Below the pieces are notes generated by a model that worked only from the letters and a program-made list of their open reading frames with translations, ran no database searches and had not been told where the DNA came from. Positions 11,995 through 24,734 of a stretch of DNA of 64,000 bases are shown here, in pieces. The stretch is taken from positions 62,001 to 126,000 of the forward strand of contig NMRA01000024.1 in the NCBI GenBank assembly GCA_002633005.1, read 5' to 3'. The translations under genes were made by a program, and so were the position numbers. Origin of the DNA: Phoronis australis (lineage: Eukaryota > Animalia > Phoronida). Position 1 is the stretch's first letter, and each line of letters starts with the position of its first letter.

Positions 11995-12250
11995 TTTTAT
12001 TGTCCCCTACTTCACAGTGTGGGAGACCTAGTATTCTTGACCATCTGTCTGCGTCACAATGTCATTGGCGTGACTTTTTGTCCACCACAGCGAGATGTGG
12101 AGGACATAGTATTCACAACGGTCGGTCTGTCTGTCTGTCTGTCTGTCTGAAAGTGACACAATGTCGTAGGCTTGATATCTCAAAAAGGGAAGCTGCAGAT
12201 TTTGTTCATATTTTGGTGTTGGTGGGGTATCTCCAGGCACTCTCGTATTA
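11995..12250. repeat. DINE/HINE-like fragment with (GTCT)n microsatellite
   Basis: Short hairpin (tccc..ggga) near 12002-12027 followed by ggtctgtctgtctgtctgtctgtctg at about 12124-12149. Confidence 0.45.
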
Positions 12251-12715
12251 GTACAAACATCAATAATTTAGTTTCGTGAAGCAGTTGCTAAACTTAATGG
12301 TTTTTGTATATCGTGATTTGCTGTCACTCCTGTAGCCTGATTTCTTTTTGGTGTGACCAGGCTGGGCTTCATTTCAGTGGCTTGGTGCCCTTTGTTTTAT
12401 AATTGACTTCAACTTAAACCAGTGTTACATAATATTAAAGTGGTTTCATAAAGCATGTTATTGTACATAGTTCATTGATATTTAGACTGATTATACAGTG
12501 TGCCAGGCTGACTGATGTTTAGCGTATCCTTTGTTTCGATGAGTATTAACTATGGTATTCTCATGTTGGTGCAATCTGTGGATTCACATTGTATTGAAAT
12601 AATTGTTGGTTCTACAGTGGGATTTACTGTAAAACCCATGGCATTGTATGGGTAATCTCATGATCTTGACATTTTAGCATAATAGAATAAGTTTTTATCC
12701 TGTTTACTCTGTTTA

Positions 12716-13143
12716 CTTACTGTAATTGGCATTTCGGTTGTGGCTTCTTTGCAAAAGTACAAGAAAAATGCGATAGGTTATATATCGGGAAAAGTATGAA
12801 TTATTTGAATACGAAAGAATATATGTGAGGTGAAAAATTGTATCATGTCTTGCATGACCTAAAGTCTCGGGCTTAAAGGTATGAATACATATATTTTTTC
12901 TGTTATTACAATTGTGTAGGTCTGTTTCTACACCACATCATACTAACTTATTAACTTACTGCAATTGGCATTTTGGTCATGGCTGGTTTACAAAAGCACA
13001 AGGAAAATGCAATAGGTTGTATATCAGGAAAAGCATGCATTAAAAATATGTATGAGGTGAAAAATTGTATTCAGTCTCACGTTTTAAGGAATGCATGATT
13101 TGTTATTTTTTCTGTTACTACAGTAGTGCAGGTATGTTTCTAC
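12716..13143 (+). repeat. Two diverged direct repeats of about 190-240 bp in the transposon 3' UTR
   Basis: cttactg.aattggcattt.ggt..tggc..caaaag.acaag.aaaatgc.ataggtt.tatatc.ggaaaag..gaggtgaaaaattgtat starts at both 12716 and 12955. Confidence 0.75.
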
Positions 13144-13404
13144 CAGTAATGAGTATTTTGTTGATCATATTTTTGTTAACCTGGAAACTCAATGCAAACT
13201 TGTGTATATTATGTAAGATATGTAGTATTTATATATTTTGATACGCAGCAGATTAAGTTAGTATTTATTTACCTACAGATCTCACTTTGTCCCTAGATTC
13301 TCAATATTTTTGATAAACTAGACCATTGTACAGCCATGCTTTTTTCTAAGGCAAAGCTGTTTGTTTTTACATACTGTATGTATTTCTTTGTATATATGTT
13401 ATAA

Positions 13405-13410
13405 AATAAA
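13405..13410 (+). terminator. Candidate polyadenylation signal of the transposon gene
   Basis: AATAAA followed by a GT/T-rich tract (about 13433-13460), just inside the right terminal repeat region. Confidence 0.4.
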
Positions 13411-14642
13411 CTGATTGATCAGATATATTGATAGTTTTGTTATTTCATTTTACCTTTTACTCTAGCTACAACAGTTGCAATCTAAACATAGCCCACCAAT
13501 TTGGATGAGTCATTTTGACAAAGTTCTTCCATGGCCAATGTAACTAGAAGGTTTATTGATTGTCCTCCACATGAAAATCCAGGTCAAAGGGCAGGTCACA
13601 AGTAGTACTATTCAGATGAATTTTATGATGCCTTCTTAACTGAGGCAGCCCAGCTAGCTGACTCTCTATTGTGTTGGCAGGGAATAGGGTAATTGAAACT
13701 TCCGCTTCAGTTATCAAATTTAATTGGGTTTTGGCTCGAATTTTCAGCAGGAATAGGTTCCTCATGAAAAACAGGCTCGATTTACCCCCAAACATCGAAA
13801 ATACTTGTAACCAAAAATCGTTTCAAAACAATTTCCTAGTATTTATACCTAGCTGGTGACTTAAGAAAACAAGTGGGTATTCTTTGCAAATTTACCCAAG
13901 CGCTTAAGAAAACTAAGATGTTCAAATTGCCAAAACCTCCGAAAATCGAAAGGCCTAAAAATGACCGATCAAGATTTGCCCCGTAGGCATACTGTACTGT
14001 AGTTGAAGTCGTCTCGATCGTAAACTCGCACATTTGGCACATAAAAATGCGAAGAATTGCCAAGGCTTAATAGTTATCACTTCATATAATAATCGCACTT
14101 TAAAAATTCAGGAAGGCTGACATTTACCTAAGTCTAAATACAATCAACAGAATTAAAGATTTGACGATTTTTAAAAACAAAGTCAGTTCAATTTATCAGA
14201 AACCCAAATACGTACTAGGCTTCTGTTAAAAATACGTATTGTTAAACTATCAGGCAGCAAGTCGGTTATAATGAGAGGATGGAAGTTTGATTGTTGGGGA
14301 AAGAGTCTCTATACCGGAAACTGCACCTGCAGACAGAGAATTATTCTGTCGCAGCAAATTAGTCAGTGAAAGGACGCACAATTTACGCAAAAACTTGAAC
14401 AAAGTAGAACGGTCATACATATTTTCACATATTTAAGGCAATAGGTCTAAAGTATAGCTTCTAAGAAAAACGTAATGCTTATAAGAGGCACAGTCATAAA
14501 ATCTCTTTATGATCCATTGGTGACTTGCAAATCTTACAGCTTAAAAGCCTTGCTATTCGGCGGCCTTGTACGTGCTTCACATGAAAAGCGGTGTTATCGC
14601 CAATGTTGTGATGCCTCCTTGGTTTGCATTTCTCATAAACTC

Positions 14643-14910
14643 CATGCGCGCACCCAGTCTAAAATACAGGGGTGCTCGAATTTTTCGTTATGCGAAAGAC
14701 ATCAACGAGGACTAAAAAAAAAACGGGGCCACTAGGTTCAGGCCCATGAACTCTGCATCTTCGCCGACTTCCCGTGGATTTTGTGGACTTGTCTCGTTTA
14801 CTCGGACTTTTCGTTTCACTGAGGCGGACCTTTTTGCCCAATTCGCCAAATTGGGGGGCTCGCTGCGTTCGAGCCCTCCCCCCGATCAAGCCCCCCTGGG
14901 TGCGCCCGTG
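14643..14910. mobile_element. MITE with CAYG ends and 5-bp TSD (family also at 20396-20632 and 28294-28408)
   Basis: TIR catgcgcgcacccag / ctgggtgcgcccgtg, flanks aactc/gactc. Shared internal motifs gggg.tcgaattt, ggacctttt and ttcgagccc. Confidence 0.75.
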
Positions 14911-15841
14911 GACTCACACACTTATTCAGTTATTGCGTGATAGTTGGCCTCGTGAGCGAGGATTATTTCGATCCTTGAGTCTCCGGGTGTCAAAAAGCTC
15001 AGAAAATAACTTAGTGAACTTAACTAATCAAACTATAAAGGGGGAGGGGGCTGACAGTGGAATTCATCAAGTTCCCGTACTTATAAATTAATGAATCCCT
15101 GTGTAGTAATTGAGTTTCTCCATGTCTATCTAATCCGAGTCGGGATCAATCGGAAGTCACTTTCGTGTTCTCATTACTCCAAAGAGCGCCAGTGTGAAAA
15201 GTTCGCTTTTCGGAAGAAATGTTTATGACTCAGTCCAAACCGAGGCATGCGCACACACGGAATTCCGCGGATCACTGGTGTCGGTCATCATCCTCTCACA
15301 CTCCACCGGAGACGGCGCTGTGGCAAAGGTAATTCTATCAAATGTACATTTCACAGATACATGAAAATAAAATATATTAGTGCCAACTCTCGGATGACGT
15401 GAATGCTTGTTTATTCGTCGCACGAAACAGAAGTCACTAAATAATTCATTGTATTGAAAAGAACTCTCAGATCCTTTGTTTTGCCCTGAATGGAACTTAT
15501 GAATAATAAATAGCCACCAATTGATCCCCCTCCGTGACATTACTAATCTTTCTGGGAGCTGTGTTTTCATAGAGGTAGGCAGTCTTCTAGTATTGAGAGA
15601 TCATTCACTATCGACCTTGATTAGGCACTCCTTGGAAATCGTCAACTGAGTGAAGCCGTCTTTAGTAGTTTACTAAAATCAGACACAAGAAGGCCAGTTC
15701 GAATTAAAAAGCCAACACTGACAGAGCAAGAATGATTACTTAAACTGAAGGAAAGGATGTACTGGCAACATCAGTAAAGTTTTCTTATTGTTTACAGTAT
15801 AGTGAAAATGACTGTTGCACGGTAATTCGAATCATTCAGTC

Positions 15842-16252
15842 ATGGGAACCAAGGTGATTTTTTCCCAGAGAAGAGGCGCCTCACGCTTATTGAAGAAGCG
15901 GCCTTTTCTAATAAAAAATTACCGATCATTGTGTATGATTCTGTCATTGATTGTGGTAGTGGGCGTTGCGTGTTCCATCTACGGATTGGTAATGTTGGCA
16001 GCCGTTGGCGATCAATGGAACCTCCAAGGACCACTAATAGCCGCGATCTGCTCTTCCATTTGCGTCGTATGCGTTATCGTTTGTTTGATCCTACGAGCAA
16101 AGTACGTGAAATATGTGAGGGAAGAGGAAATCCAAGATGAACGTATTGAAGAAACTACCGAAACCACTAGGCAATGGCGACACGGAGACTCGTACATTGA
16201 CAGGAACGCAATCGATAATTTCCCGGAAAATTTACCAAGTATTGATATATGA
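15842..16252 (+). CDS. Small orphan two-transmembrane protein (136 aa)
   Basis: ATG at 15842 lies downstream of a strong acceptor (ttttcttattgtttacag, about 15797). Basic N-terminus, two hydrophobic helices (LCMILSLIVVVGVACSIYGLVMLAAV; GPLIAAICSSICVVCVIVCLIL), acidic tail ending SIDI. AATAAA at 16574-16579. Family not recognised. Confidence 0.6.
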   Translation: MGTKVIFSQRRGASRLLKKRPFLIKNYRSLCMILSLIVVVGVACSIYGLVMLAAVGDQWNLQGPLIAAICSSICVVCVIVCLILRAKYVKYVREEEIQDERIEETTETTRQWRHGDSYIDRNAIDNFPENLPSIDI

Positions 16253-18566
16253 ACTTAAATAAAGAGCCGGCACGAGGACCACGATAGACAATGCTCAACT
16301 TTCATCGAGGATTTGTACACCATTCAGTTGGAATTTCATAATTAGTTGAGTTCTTGCACGCACTCCCGAAGTCACCGCGTCAGCAAAGGTGGTGCTGGTT
16401 CGAAGTCGCGCACGGTGGCGACAACTTCAAACAAGAATAGAAAAGATAACTTAGAGGAATCAAATTTATCACAGTGTCAAATGTAATTGTACAAGCAACA
16501 AATGTTAAGGTCTCTAGTGATCATTGCATTTAGCGCGACCTGATGTGCATGAGTAAAGTGGAATTTGCACGAAAATAAACAGTTCTTGTCGATTTGCATT
16601 TGATAAGGTTTCAAGAGAACAAACGTCAAATTAAAGGAAAATAGAATAAATAAGGAAATTATACCGATTTGTTAACACGTTCTGAAGACACTAACGTGAT
16701 TCACGTCGAGTTTTATTTTTCTACGGACATTAGTTCTCTACAGCTAAACCATCACCTGATGACGTTGTTTATACATCAGCGTCGATATCCATGGTATCAA
16801 TTTCTAACTTCAGGGGTACCTACCTAATTCAATGTAAAACTGAAATTTGTCTGATCACAGTTTCACAGATTTCCATTAAAAGTGTGTTTCAGTCTGAGAG
16901 CATGTCCATTAATCCCATTAATAAAACACACAATAGTTATGATGGTGTCATTTTTTCAAAATTACTGAGAAAAAAGTTGATAAAATTTTCAATGTCCGAA
17001 ATTTAGTCTCTTTACACCGTATATTCGATGTTAAAGAGGCTATAGGCATAATTCCGCGTTTCGTCAAAGAAATTTTAAATAAAATTTTGGGCATAAAGCT
17101 GATTTCAACTCGTTCCAACCCTGGGGTGCGTTTCGTAGACCACAGACATTAGCTTGCACTTGATTCAGTGCTGCCAAATATCAGCGAACGTATATGCAAC
17201 ATCCGACGCCGAAGTGAGAGTTCAGTGCCTGAATCCGTTTATCGCGTTCGTGAAGTTCAGTTGCCAACGTGTCTACCACAAGCTTCACCTCTCTGACGAT
17301 TTCATCGGTCACGGAAAGCTCCACGTCAGCTGCTTCCTCGTCAGGCATGTCTCGATATCGCCTCACTCGTCGCTCTGTGAAAGGTAAGTGCCCATTCGTC
17401 GATCCGCCATCCTAGGCCCTTCTTGAGGAAAACTCTCACACAGATCAGTCTGTTCATTAATGAAGTGTTGATGCAGTGAGTCCTGATCAGAAGCTGTTTC
17501 TCGGTGATTGTGACGTTTGGGGATTGCAACCGTTTTGAACAACATTGATATTGTGCAGTATTTGGCTCCAAAAGAACATAAAGCAAACAAAATCTAAAGT
17601 AAGAAAACAATTTAACAAGTTTCTAGATCTAGCATTTTTGACGATCAGCTGACTCAAACTCATCGTCATTCCTAGACTGGAGAAGTTCCAATTGATCACC
17701 AAATGAAGTCACAATGACCCGCATAGCCGCTTCTCTACCACTCCAACGCGTGCCTGATTCTTTACTTCCCGTTTTGATTTTTCAGACATCTTGTACCAGC
17801 GGTTTATAGACCCTGAGAAGAAGGTGTACACTGCCTGCACCGTTCAATGAAACGACGATGTGTGCATAGGGGCAGTGATGCGGCATGAACCATATCCACA
17901 CTGTACCGTACTTAGGGACTGTTTTCTACGTAAATCATCACGTTTTGTCGATTCCTGTTTTATACAAGTTTCTAAAACTGGACTCGCATTCGTCTACAGA
18001 TATAGATATGTGCATGCATTTTGGTAATTATTATACAAAAGTTTAAGAATGTTCGGCTTTGTGGTTTTCTCTGTTTACCTCGGCAAGTAACACATGTAAT
18101 TTTTAAATGTAAAATAGCAAAACAGTTGTACGAATAATTCCAGAGGCCTTGACGCGTAAGTTGTTTGATTCAAAACATATACGACTGCAACACAGGCGCA
18201 AACGATGTCTGCTTAAGTAAGCACAAGGCAAACATGGGCCTTTGGGAGACATGGAAAGGTACAAGAAATACACTTTGGAGCTTTTTAAAGATTCGTTTGT
18301 TGAGCACTTCTTCAAATAAACATTTTAAAAGAAATAATGTATAAAACTAGAAAAAAAAAAAACGCCCGTGGACAGTCTTTACGAAAGAGCCTCCATCGGT
18401 GGGTTGAATGGGAGTTGCCATTCAATTTCTCACGTTTGGCCTTCCTGTTGAATACTTCTGACTATACTGACAAAGGATAAAATGCGGTGGTATGTGGAAC
18501 ATTAACTTCACATGTTGTGGGACATAAATGCTTTAGGGCCGCGGCTGACTAATAACGACACTGCTT

Positions 18567-20124
18567 CAGCCGATTTAAAGTGGACTTAGACCAGGTTTAA
18601 AGATAATCTGGATTTCAAAACGTGGTTTAACTAGTAAAACCAGGTTTAACTCCAGTTTAGACCTTGTCTAAGTCAGTTTTCATTTCACCAAAGAGGTCTA
18701 TATTCCTTAGACTTGTATTAAGATTCTAAACCAGATTTAACTTTAGACTTGGTCAGACCCAGATTTAATACTGTTAAATATGGCAGACTTGTACGATATA
18801 GAAGTAAATGAATGATGCTGGAGTCTGCAGAGCGAGAATAGTCTATTTTCAATTTTCAGTTTTACAACAACACAAGATCGAACGTAGCAGGGGCAGATCC
18901 AGAATTTTTTAAAGGGGGGGTCGGATCAAGGATTTTTTTAAAAGCAGTCCAAATCAACAATTTGAATATTAAAGATTTGATATCATTAAAATCAAGGGAA
19001 AAGGAGGGGGGTCCGGACACCTTGAACCGCTGTTTCCACCTATTCATAGACTAGTACGTGCTGCAGTGTGTCCTTCGGATTCCTCAGAACGGAATACGAC
19101 TGGTCGAACAGGGCGTCATCGTCGTAAGTGCTGCGAGTTTTACTGAAGACGGAGTCTTCTGATTCTTCCGATTGAGTTCCACCTCCATCGGTTCCCGATT
19201 TGAGATTGCCGGGCAAGGGTCCTTCCCCTCTCCCCTCCCCCTTGGCCGCAAAAAATAAACACTAAAATGACACAGAATTAAATTTGGGTATTTATTATGT
19301 TGCGACTAATCGTGAGCATTTACTTTAATGTGTGTACCTGTGCTGGCCACACACATTAAAAAAATGAAAAACGTCCCTTCGTTATATCCTATATCTGCCA
19401 CTGGGTCCCTCACCGCTTTTCTTTGCAATTTTTTCACTGATTACATTTCTGGCCTTCATTTTTTAGTGATACCTTTTAAGTGTTTGTCGCTGCATTTCTC
19501 CGATTGTGGGAACTGTGCAGCCAGCCGTCTGCGGAACCAGTATCTCTCCAAGTCTGGTACTTACGTTGACTTAATTTGGCACCTGTTTTATTGTTTTCTA
19601 TACCATTGGCTTTTTCTCTGATCAGTTTTTCCTCATGAGAAAGGCTTTTAGACCTTTTTCGCAAATGTCTGTACTGATCGATTCTACTGCTGTGTGCTAT
19701 TCTGTACCCACATGATCAAGGTTTTCATTAACTCAGCACTTCAACAGTTTCTTTGTTGCCGGGGTTAACCCAGTTCAACACAGTAGGGAGGCTCGGATAC
19801 TTTAAACGTGGTTTGCGTTCAGAAACGCCAGGACCTACGTTAGGACCTAGCTAGAATCTAGCTAAAGTCAGGTGTTCTCATTTAAAATACACGGCAATAT
19901 CTCACGTAATCTCCCGAAGTCTTGCTTTTTAGCGCGGTCATAGCGTTACTGAACGGGAGACTGGTTTTACTAAACCCACTCCCTGGTCTAACAAAACTAG
20001 GCTTTCAGACATTTAAACCACGTTGGTGAAATGCTAGTTAGGTCTAAAATTAGACCAGGTTTAGAAAGGCCTGGTTGAAGTCTTAAACCTGGTTTTGTTA
20101 AACCATCTTTATGAAATCGGCTGC
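18567..20124 (-). mobile_element. Decayed PIF/Harbinger-derived element with Myb/SANT-like ORF remnant
   Basis: Ends cagccgattt.. and ..tttatgaaatcggctgc-tta, with arrays of aaaccaggttt/agaccaggttt subterminal repeats. The - strand remnant at about 19400-19664, RKRSKSLSHEEKL..IENNKTGAKLSQRKYQTW..KKSGEGP, resembles the Harbinger MSANTD DNA-binding protein. Confidence 0.6.
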
Positions 20125-20395
20125 TTATGTCGCCACGCCCTTGGTTGAGAGAAATGAGACTCTGGTGGCGAAGAAGGTGATTCAACCCTTAAAAACCACG
20201 ATGAGTAAGAAAGATATTCAATTCATACACAATTAATGTATAAACTTATCAAAACATCAAAAAAAAAAAAAAAAAAAACCCAAAGCCCATTGTTTAGTGC
20301 ATCCTGAATCCCTTATTGGACAGAGTGCAATCGTTTTATTGCATTTTCTCGAATCAACGCCAAGCACTGTACATAGCTACATAAGTTTTGGTTCG

Positions 20396-20632
20396 CAGGC
20401 TTGCATCCACCCTAAAAATGGGGGTTCGAATTTTTAAGAATGTAGAACTTTCACTAAGATTCACTGGGTACGTTCAGAGCTATGAATTGTGCATTTGCCG
20501 ATTTTGGTTGTTCCTGCCTTTTTGGTGGACTTTTGTTCGGTGTTTTTGTTTTTCCAAGGCAGACCTTTTTGCCCACTTCTCCAAATGAGGGAGGCTCGTT
20601 CGAGCCCCCGAGCCCCCTTTTGTGCGCACATG
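20396..20632. mobile_element. Degenerate copy of the CAYG-ended MITE family
   Basis: Internal similarity to 14643-14910 (ggggttcgaattttt, gacctttttgccca, gctcgttcgagcccc, tgtgcgcacatg). TSD not recognisable. Confidence 0.6.
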
Positions 20633-22386
20633 TAGAGTCTTTTATTTTGTTATGGTAATAGCTAAGGAGGCGTTTTCTGGAGTAAACTCAATACATGATA
20701 CAGACTGAGATCCCCCTTCTTTAGGTTTACAAAACAACACGTTAGCACTTCAAACGTTTCCGCACTGATGTTGCAATCTACAGTGAATTTCAAAGAAAAA
20801 ATTGATTTTAATCACCCAAGTTACCCTTGTGTAAAGCATTAAGCAGCTTGCAATCGACTAATTAGTTTTTTCCGCCATAGAACGGAATACTTGTACATGC
20901 AGTGTATCTCATTAGATTTTCAACAACACAGAAGTGAACGTGACGATCAGACATTGAACAACTATGCCCTGATTTTCATTTTGTGCGTGAAAGAAAGAGA
21001 ATTAGTATAAAATACAATTAATTCATTCCGACACGAACTACTTGAATCATAAAGTATAATTAAATACGTTCTGCGTCAAAATAATAATTAAAATGCAATT
21101 TAGTTACTTCACTGACGTAGTACTACACTATTAGTTTCGCATGGATAAATGGCATATTGATCGCAAGGAAGAGTTTAGGTCGTTATAGAGCATCTACAAC
21201 AGGATATTGGGAAGGGGGAGCCGCATCGTATAATTTCATCCATTATTAAAAGCTAATTTCTGATAATAAATATAAATTTTTTGAGATGAGGTTATGGCAA
21301 GTCCAAGAATCGAATGAAGTAAAACAATTAAGGCACACCTTTATTGCCCAGTACAAGAAAATTCAGTGCCTAAGGATCCACGCAGCGTTAATTGTAAACT
21401 AAAGCCGAAATGGCAACTTAAGACTAGGAATCAAACTAGCGACCGCAAATCTTCCCGCTAAACCAACCAATGAACTCGTTCGGTACATTTCCATCACGTG
21501 TAATAGGAGCACTAACTCAACGTATGACGAAACCACCACTGCCTCACTCTCGCCACTCCCCTTTGTCACCTCCCGACACCACTCCTCCAGCTCCCTGATC
21601 CCTACTCATCCCCCCCCCCCTTCTGTTTAGCTGTTCAAAATCTCACAAAATCAAATCCCTACAAAACCGATCTCAAGTTTCTGGCATTACGTGACGTAAT
21701 TTACAGTACTATCTTGAAGTACACCGAAATTATTTAAGACTAAAAAACGCAAGAAAAGTGTGCGGCTGGCTAGCTAATGAAAAACTTGACCGCTTCGGAT
21801 TCAGTTCAACGGCACATATATCTCAGAGCCAACTGAATTTTAAAGCCGACGAGCTATCAATAAAAGAAAAAGTCCAGTTTGAATCAAACTTCTTAACTTA
21901 GCACGCTTCTTGAATTCACGTTTCAAGCTACATTTTATTTCGTTTAGTTTTCTAAAAAACGAAAATCGAGTTTTATCCGCGTAAAAGCGGTCTCATGAAA
22001 TCCATTGAAGTGACAGGATTCTATTTCCATCATCTACAGAACATTGAAAATTTTCAGGCGTCAAGCTTAAACCGTGGCAACCGACATAGGCGTGGGGCCG
22101 GGGACAGTCGAGAAAAGAAAGATTGCTAAATATGGATAAGAGAGAGAAAATTCAAGAGAACATTTATCAACTCTGCAATCTGCATCAATGCATGGTTTAC
22201 CTTTTGAGGATCCTGGCCAGGACATTGTCGTTAGCGTCTCCGATTTTGCAGTGCAGGTCCTCTAAACGCACTTGAAAACGTGCACGAAATCAATCATACA
22301 TAAATTTTGAAAAAATCTAGAAAAATTTGTAAACTAATCTACTGGATTTTACGGATGCAAAACTACATTTTTCTATATGATCCTCT

Positions 22387-22623
22387 AGGAGGCAGTGGGG
22401 CCTGGTTGATAAGTGCCCGCTTTCTTTACTCGAGGTCGTGGGTTCGAGTCCCACCAGGTCACACTGCTAAACCCTTGAGCCAGGTTTCTAGCTCCACAGC
22501 TCGGTATTAACCATATATTAATAAAGCATAACAATATTTCCAGGTGATCAGTGCAATGGGCCCACATGCGAGGCCTGCGCACGTCTGGTACAACGTGTAT
22601 CAGACCGCCTGCAATTATTTTTT
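22387..22623 (+). mobile_element. tRNA-derived SINE, copy 1
   Basis: tRNA-like head with A-box-like gtggggcctggttg and B box ggttcgagtccc, T-rich tail, TSD tatatgatcctct/tatatgaccctct. Near-identical to 36746-36985 in reverse. Confidence 0.85.
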
Positions 22624-24577
22624 TATATGACCCTCTCTGGGAAGGGATAACGGAGACAACATTCGCTTTATTTTTTTCTAGAAATTGTATATTACTTGAG
22701 AAAAATTGATGATCTGACAGATAACATCAATTTTTACGTTTTTTGTGATTTCTTAAAATATAGATATTTTCATACTGAGGGGCCCCGCCCTTGATATGAA
22801 GGAGGCCATTGATTACATTCAAGTGGCCACCCTTTTTGTGTTTTCATTGCCAAATTCATAAAGGCCCCTCACGAAGAGAGGGTCCAATGTTGGAATCGAT
22901 TACCTCTATTTTCCTGCTTTTTGTGAAATCATGCAACCGGCTTTCATGTTGAAGGAAGTCACTCCCTGCATCGTTTTGGGACCACACGACAGTGGAATGC
23001 ACTGTCATTCTTTTTTCCAAGCTTAATGATGTTTAGCCTTACATCACAAGGTGTCCCAGATCAGACGGTACCGTCTCTCGGTGGAGCAGTTCGGGGGAAA
23101 TATCCCTTTGTCCCTCTATACATGTAAATCCGAAACTGCTAAGTATTCACATGGAAGTTGAGATTCCAAATTTATCAACAAGCACAAAACATTCGTGCAC
23201 AGCCCAGCCATTCGACCCAAACAACCAAAAATGTAAAAAATGCAGTAGGATTGCCGCCATCGAAAGGATGAAATTTTGAAGGTCGTGAAGACAACTATTT
23301 GTGAATTACACAGGAGGACTATTTCCGATGGTTACTGTTTCCCGCAGTAACACAAGATTAGTATCTCTTATGAAGATGGTTACTATGAGTTGTTTGTAAG
23401 GAATTTCCACATGTAGAAAACACTGCTGTCTAGGTTACTATTTAATATGATGTCCGTGTACACGTGGAAAGGGGATGCTCAAAGAACTCTCGCAATCATA
23501 AACAAAGATTTCATCGTTTTTTTGTCAGTGGATTTCAAGCTTACCTCGTGAACTGTTATAGGTACCTCTGAAATGAGCAACAATACACCTTAATGCCCCA
23601 TCTCCCATATTCCCCCGGTTACCCGTCAAAAGTCTGCAAGCATGCATGCGGAAATTGCTTAGAACATTCCGTTTTGATAAACAAATTCGTTGGTTTCTGA
23701 TTTACTTGTTTATGTAGCTACAAAAATCGATAGATTCATAGATAATTTTTGACAATTAGATGAAGCTAATCTTGTAAGAATTGATGATGTTTTAGTGAAT
23801 TTAATTGCAGCCTGAATTTGAAAAAACTGTATAATCCGATACCCAAGTAGTAAAGTACACTTATAGAAGGTTTTCGCATATCTAAAATAACTCTCAAAGA
23901 CACTTATGAAATTCGGACTCACAAAAAGTAGATTGAAAAACGTTTTAAAAATCCTTAAATAAATAAAATTGGAAAGTTTGTGTTTGCACTTCCTTGGTGT
24001 TTTTAGTTTCCAGTAGTATTGAGCAATGAATTTTTGCTCTTCAAAACTGAATTAATTGCTCGTCCTTATTTGCGTGCACGCAATGACTGACGTACCAACG
24101 TTAAATATAAGACGTAGCAATGCAGTTGGCCCGCGCAGAATCTCAGTGATCCACGGGAACTGAATTTGAACTCCAGGCATTCAGGAAGTGTCTACGCATT
24201 TTGAAACAGCCCCAAAGGCACTACACCAGGGACTTCGGGACCTCACCTTTTCAAAAAAAAAACTCCTTCAAAAATGACCATAATAGAATAAAATTTTCCC
24301 GAAACTGGATCACAATAAAAGGAATCTTGACCATAGAACGAGCGCAGACGACCGGTACGAGCTAAGGTGCCTGTCTCAAGTGAATCATAGTTGGGCTGAC
24401 CCGCAACTAGCTTTAGTTCATCGGGAATTTCGTATTTTCACACTGGTAGATCTCAGCTGTAGCTACTTGAGGCAGCTCCTCGCTACCGGTTCGCATACTG
24501 GTCCAAGGCCCATTCTTACTCTCCGTGTTGGTTCACGGTTACTCAACTCGTGATAGCTTCATTGCCGGGATTGTCCC

Positions 24578-24734
24578 AGGGGCGGATCCAGGATTTGAGT
24601 TGGGGGACAAAGCAAAAGTATTAGCCACGGCAGGGTTTTACCCGTCAGAAATTCGCACCGGCCCCGAACTGCCAAATGGAATGTGGGAGAACTTTAGGGG
24701 GGGTCATGACCCCTTGGCCACCCCTAAATCCGCC
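24578..24734. mobile_element. Short MITE-like element of the caggggcggatccag type
   Basis: Begins caggggcggatccagg and ends cctaaatccgcc at the gap. Related ends occur at about 18888 and 41105-41324. Confidence 0.5.

Larger units (their letters stand above)
1331..13790 (+). mobile_element. Large decayed Transib/RAG1-like DNA transposon encoding a multidomain protein
   Basis: Encloses a spliced gene with a DDE core and is bracketed by colinear inverted blocks. 1358-1385 catgaggaaccctgtccagctgaaaatt matches the reverse complement of 13739-13766 at 24/28. aacacaatag at 1431-1440 pairs with 13666-13675, cagct..tgggctgc at 1457-1472 with 13645-13660, and ggtaaa..tcga.gcctg at 1333-1350 with 13772-13786. 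Exact termini and TSD are not resolved. Confidence 0.7.

Noticed and set aside
11809-13620. A convergent RAG2-like (kelch/PHD) gene as in ProtoRAG
   Set aside because: No kelch- or PHD-like ORF or exon chain is visible on the - strand. The region reads as AT-rich 3' UTR with repeats.
1154-14001. Candidate RSS-like termini for the big element: CTGTA|CACAGAGTGC at 1159 and GCATACTGTA|CTGTA at 13996, giving a perfect 5-bp TSD
   Set aside because: Only 7/10 terminal identity, no similarity over the next 150 bp or so, the right end lacks the invariant GTG, and the decayed ORF at 720-1320 seems to run through 1159. Likely chance, but worth rechecking against sister copies.
22387-22470. Genuine tRNA genes (here, at about 36900-36985 and at 57638-57693)
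   Set aside because: The heads lack a complete cloverleaf/acceptor stem and are attached to repeated bodies with TSDs or TIRs, so they are SINE- or MITE-derived.
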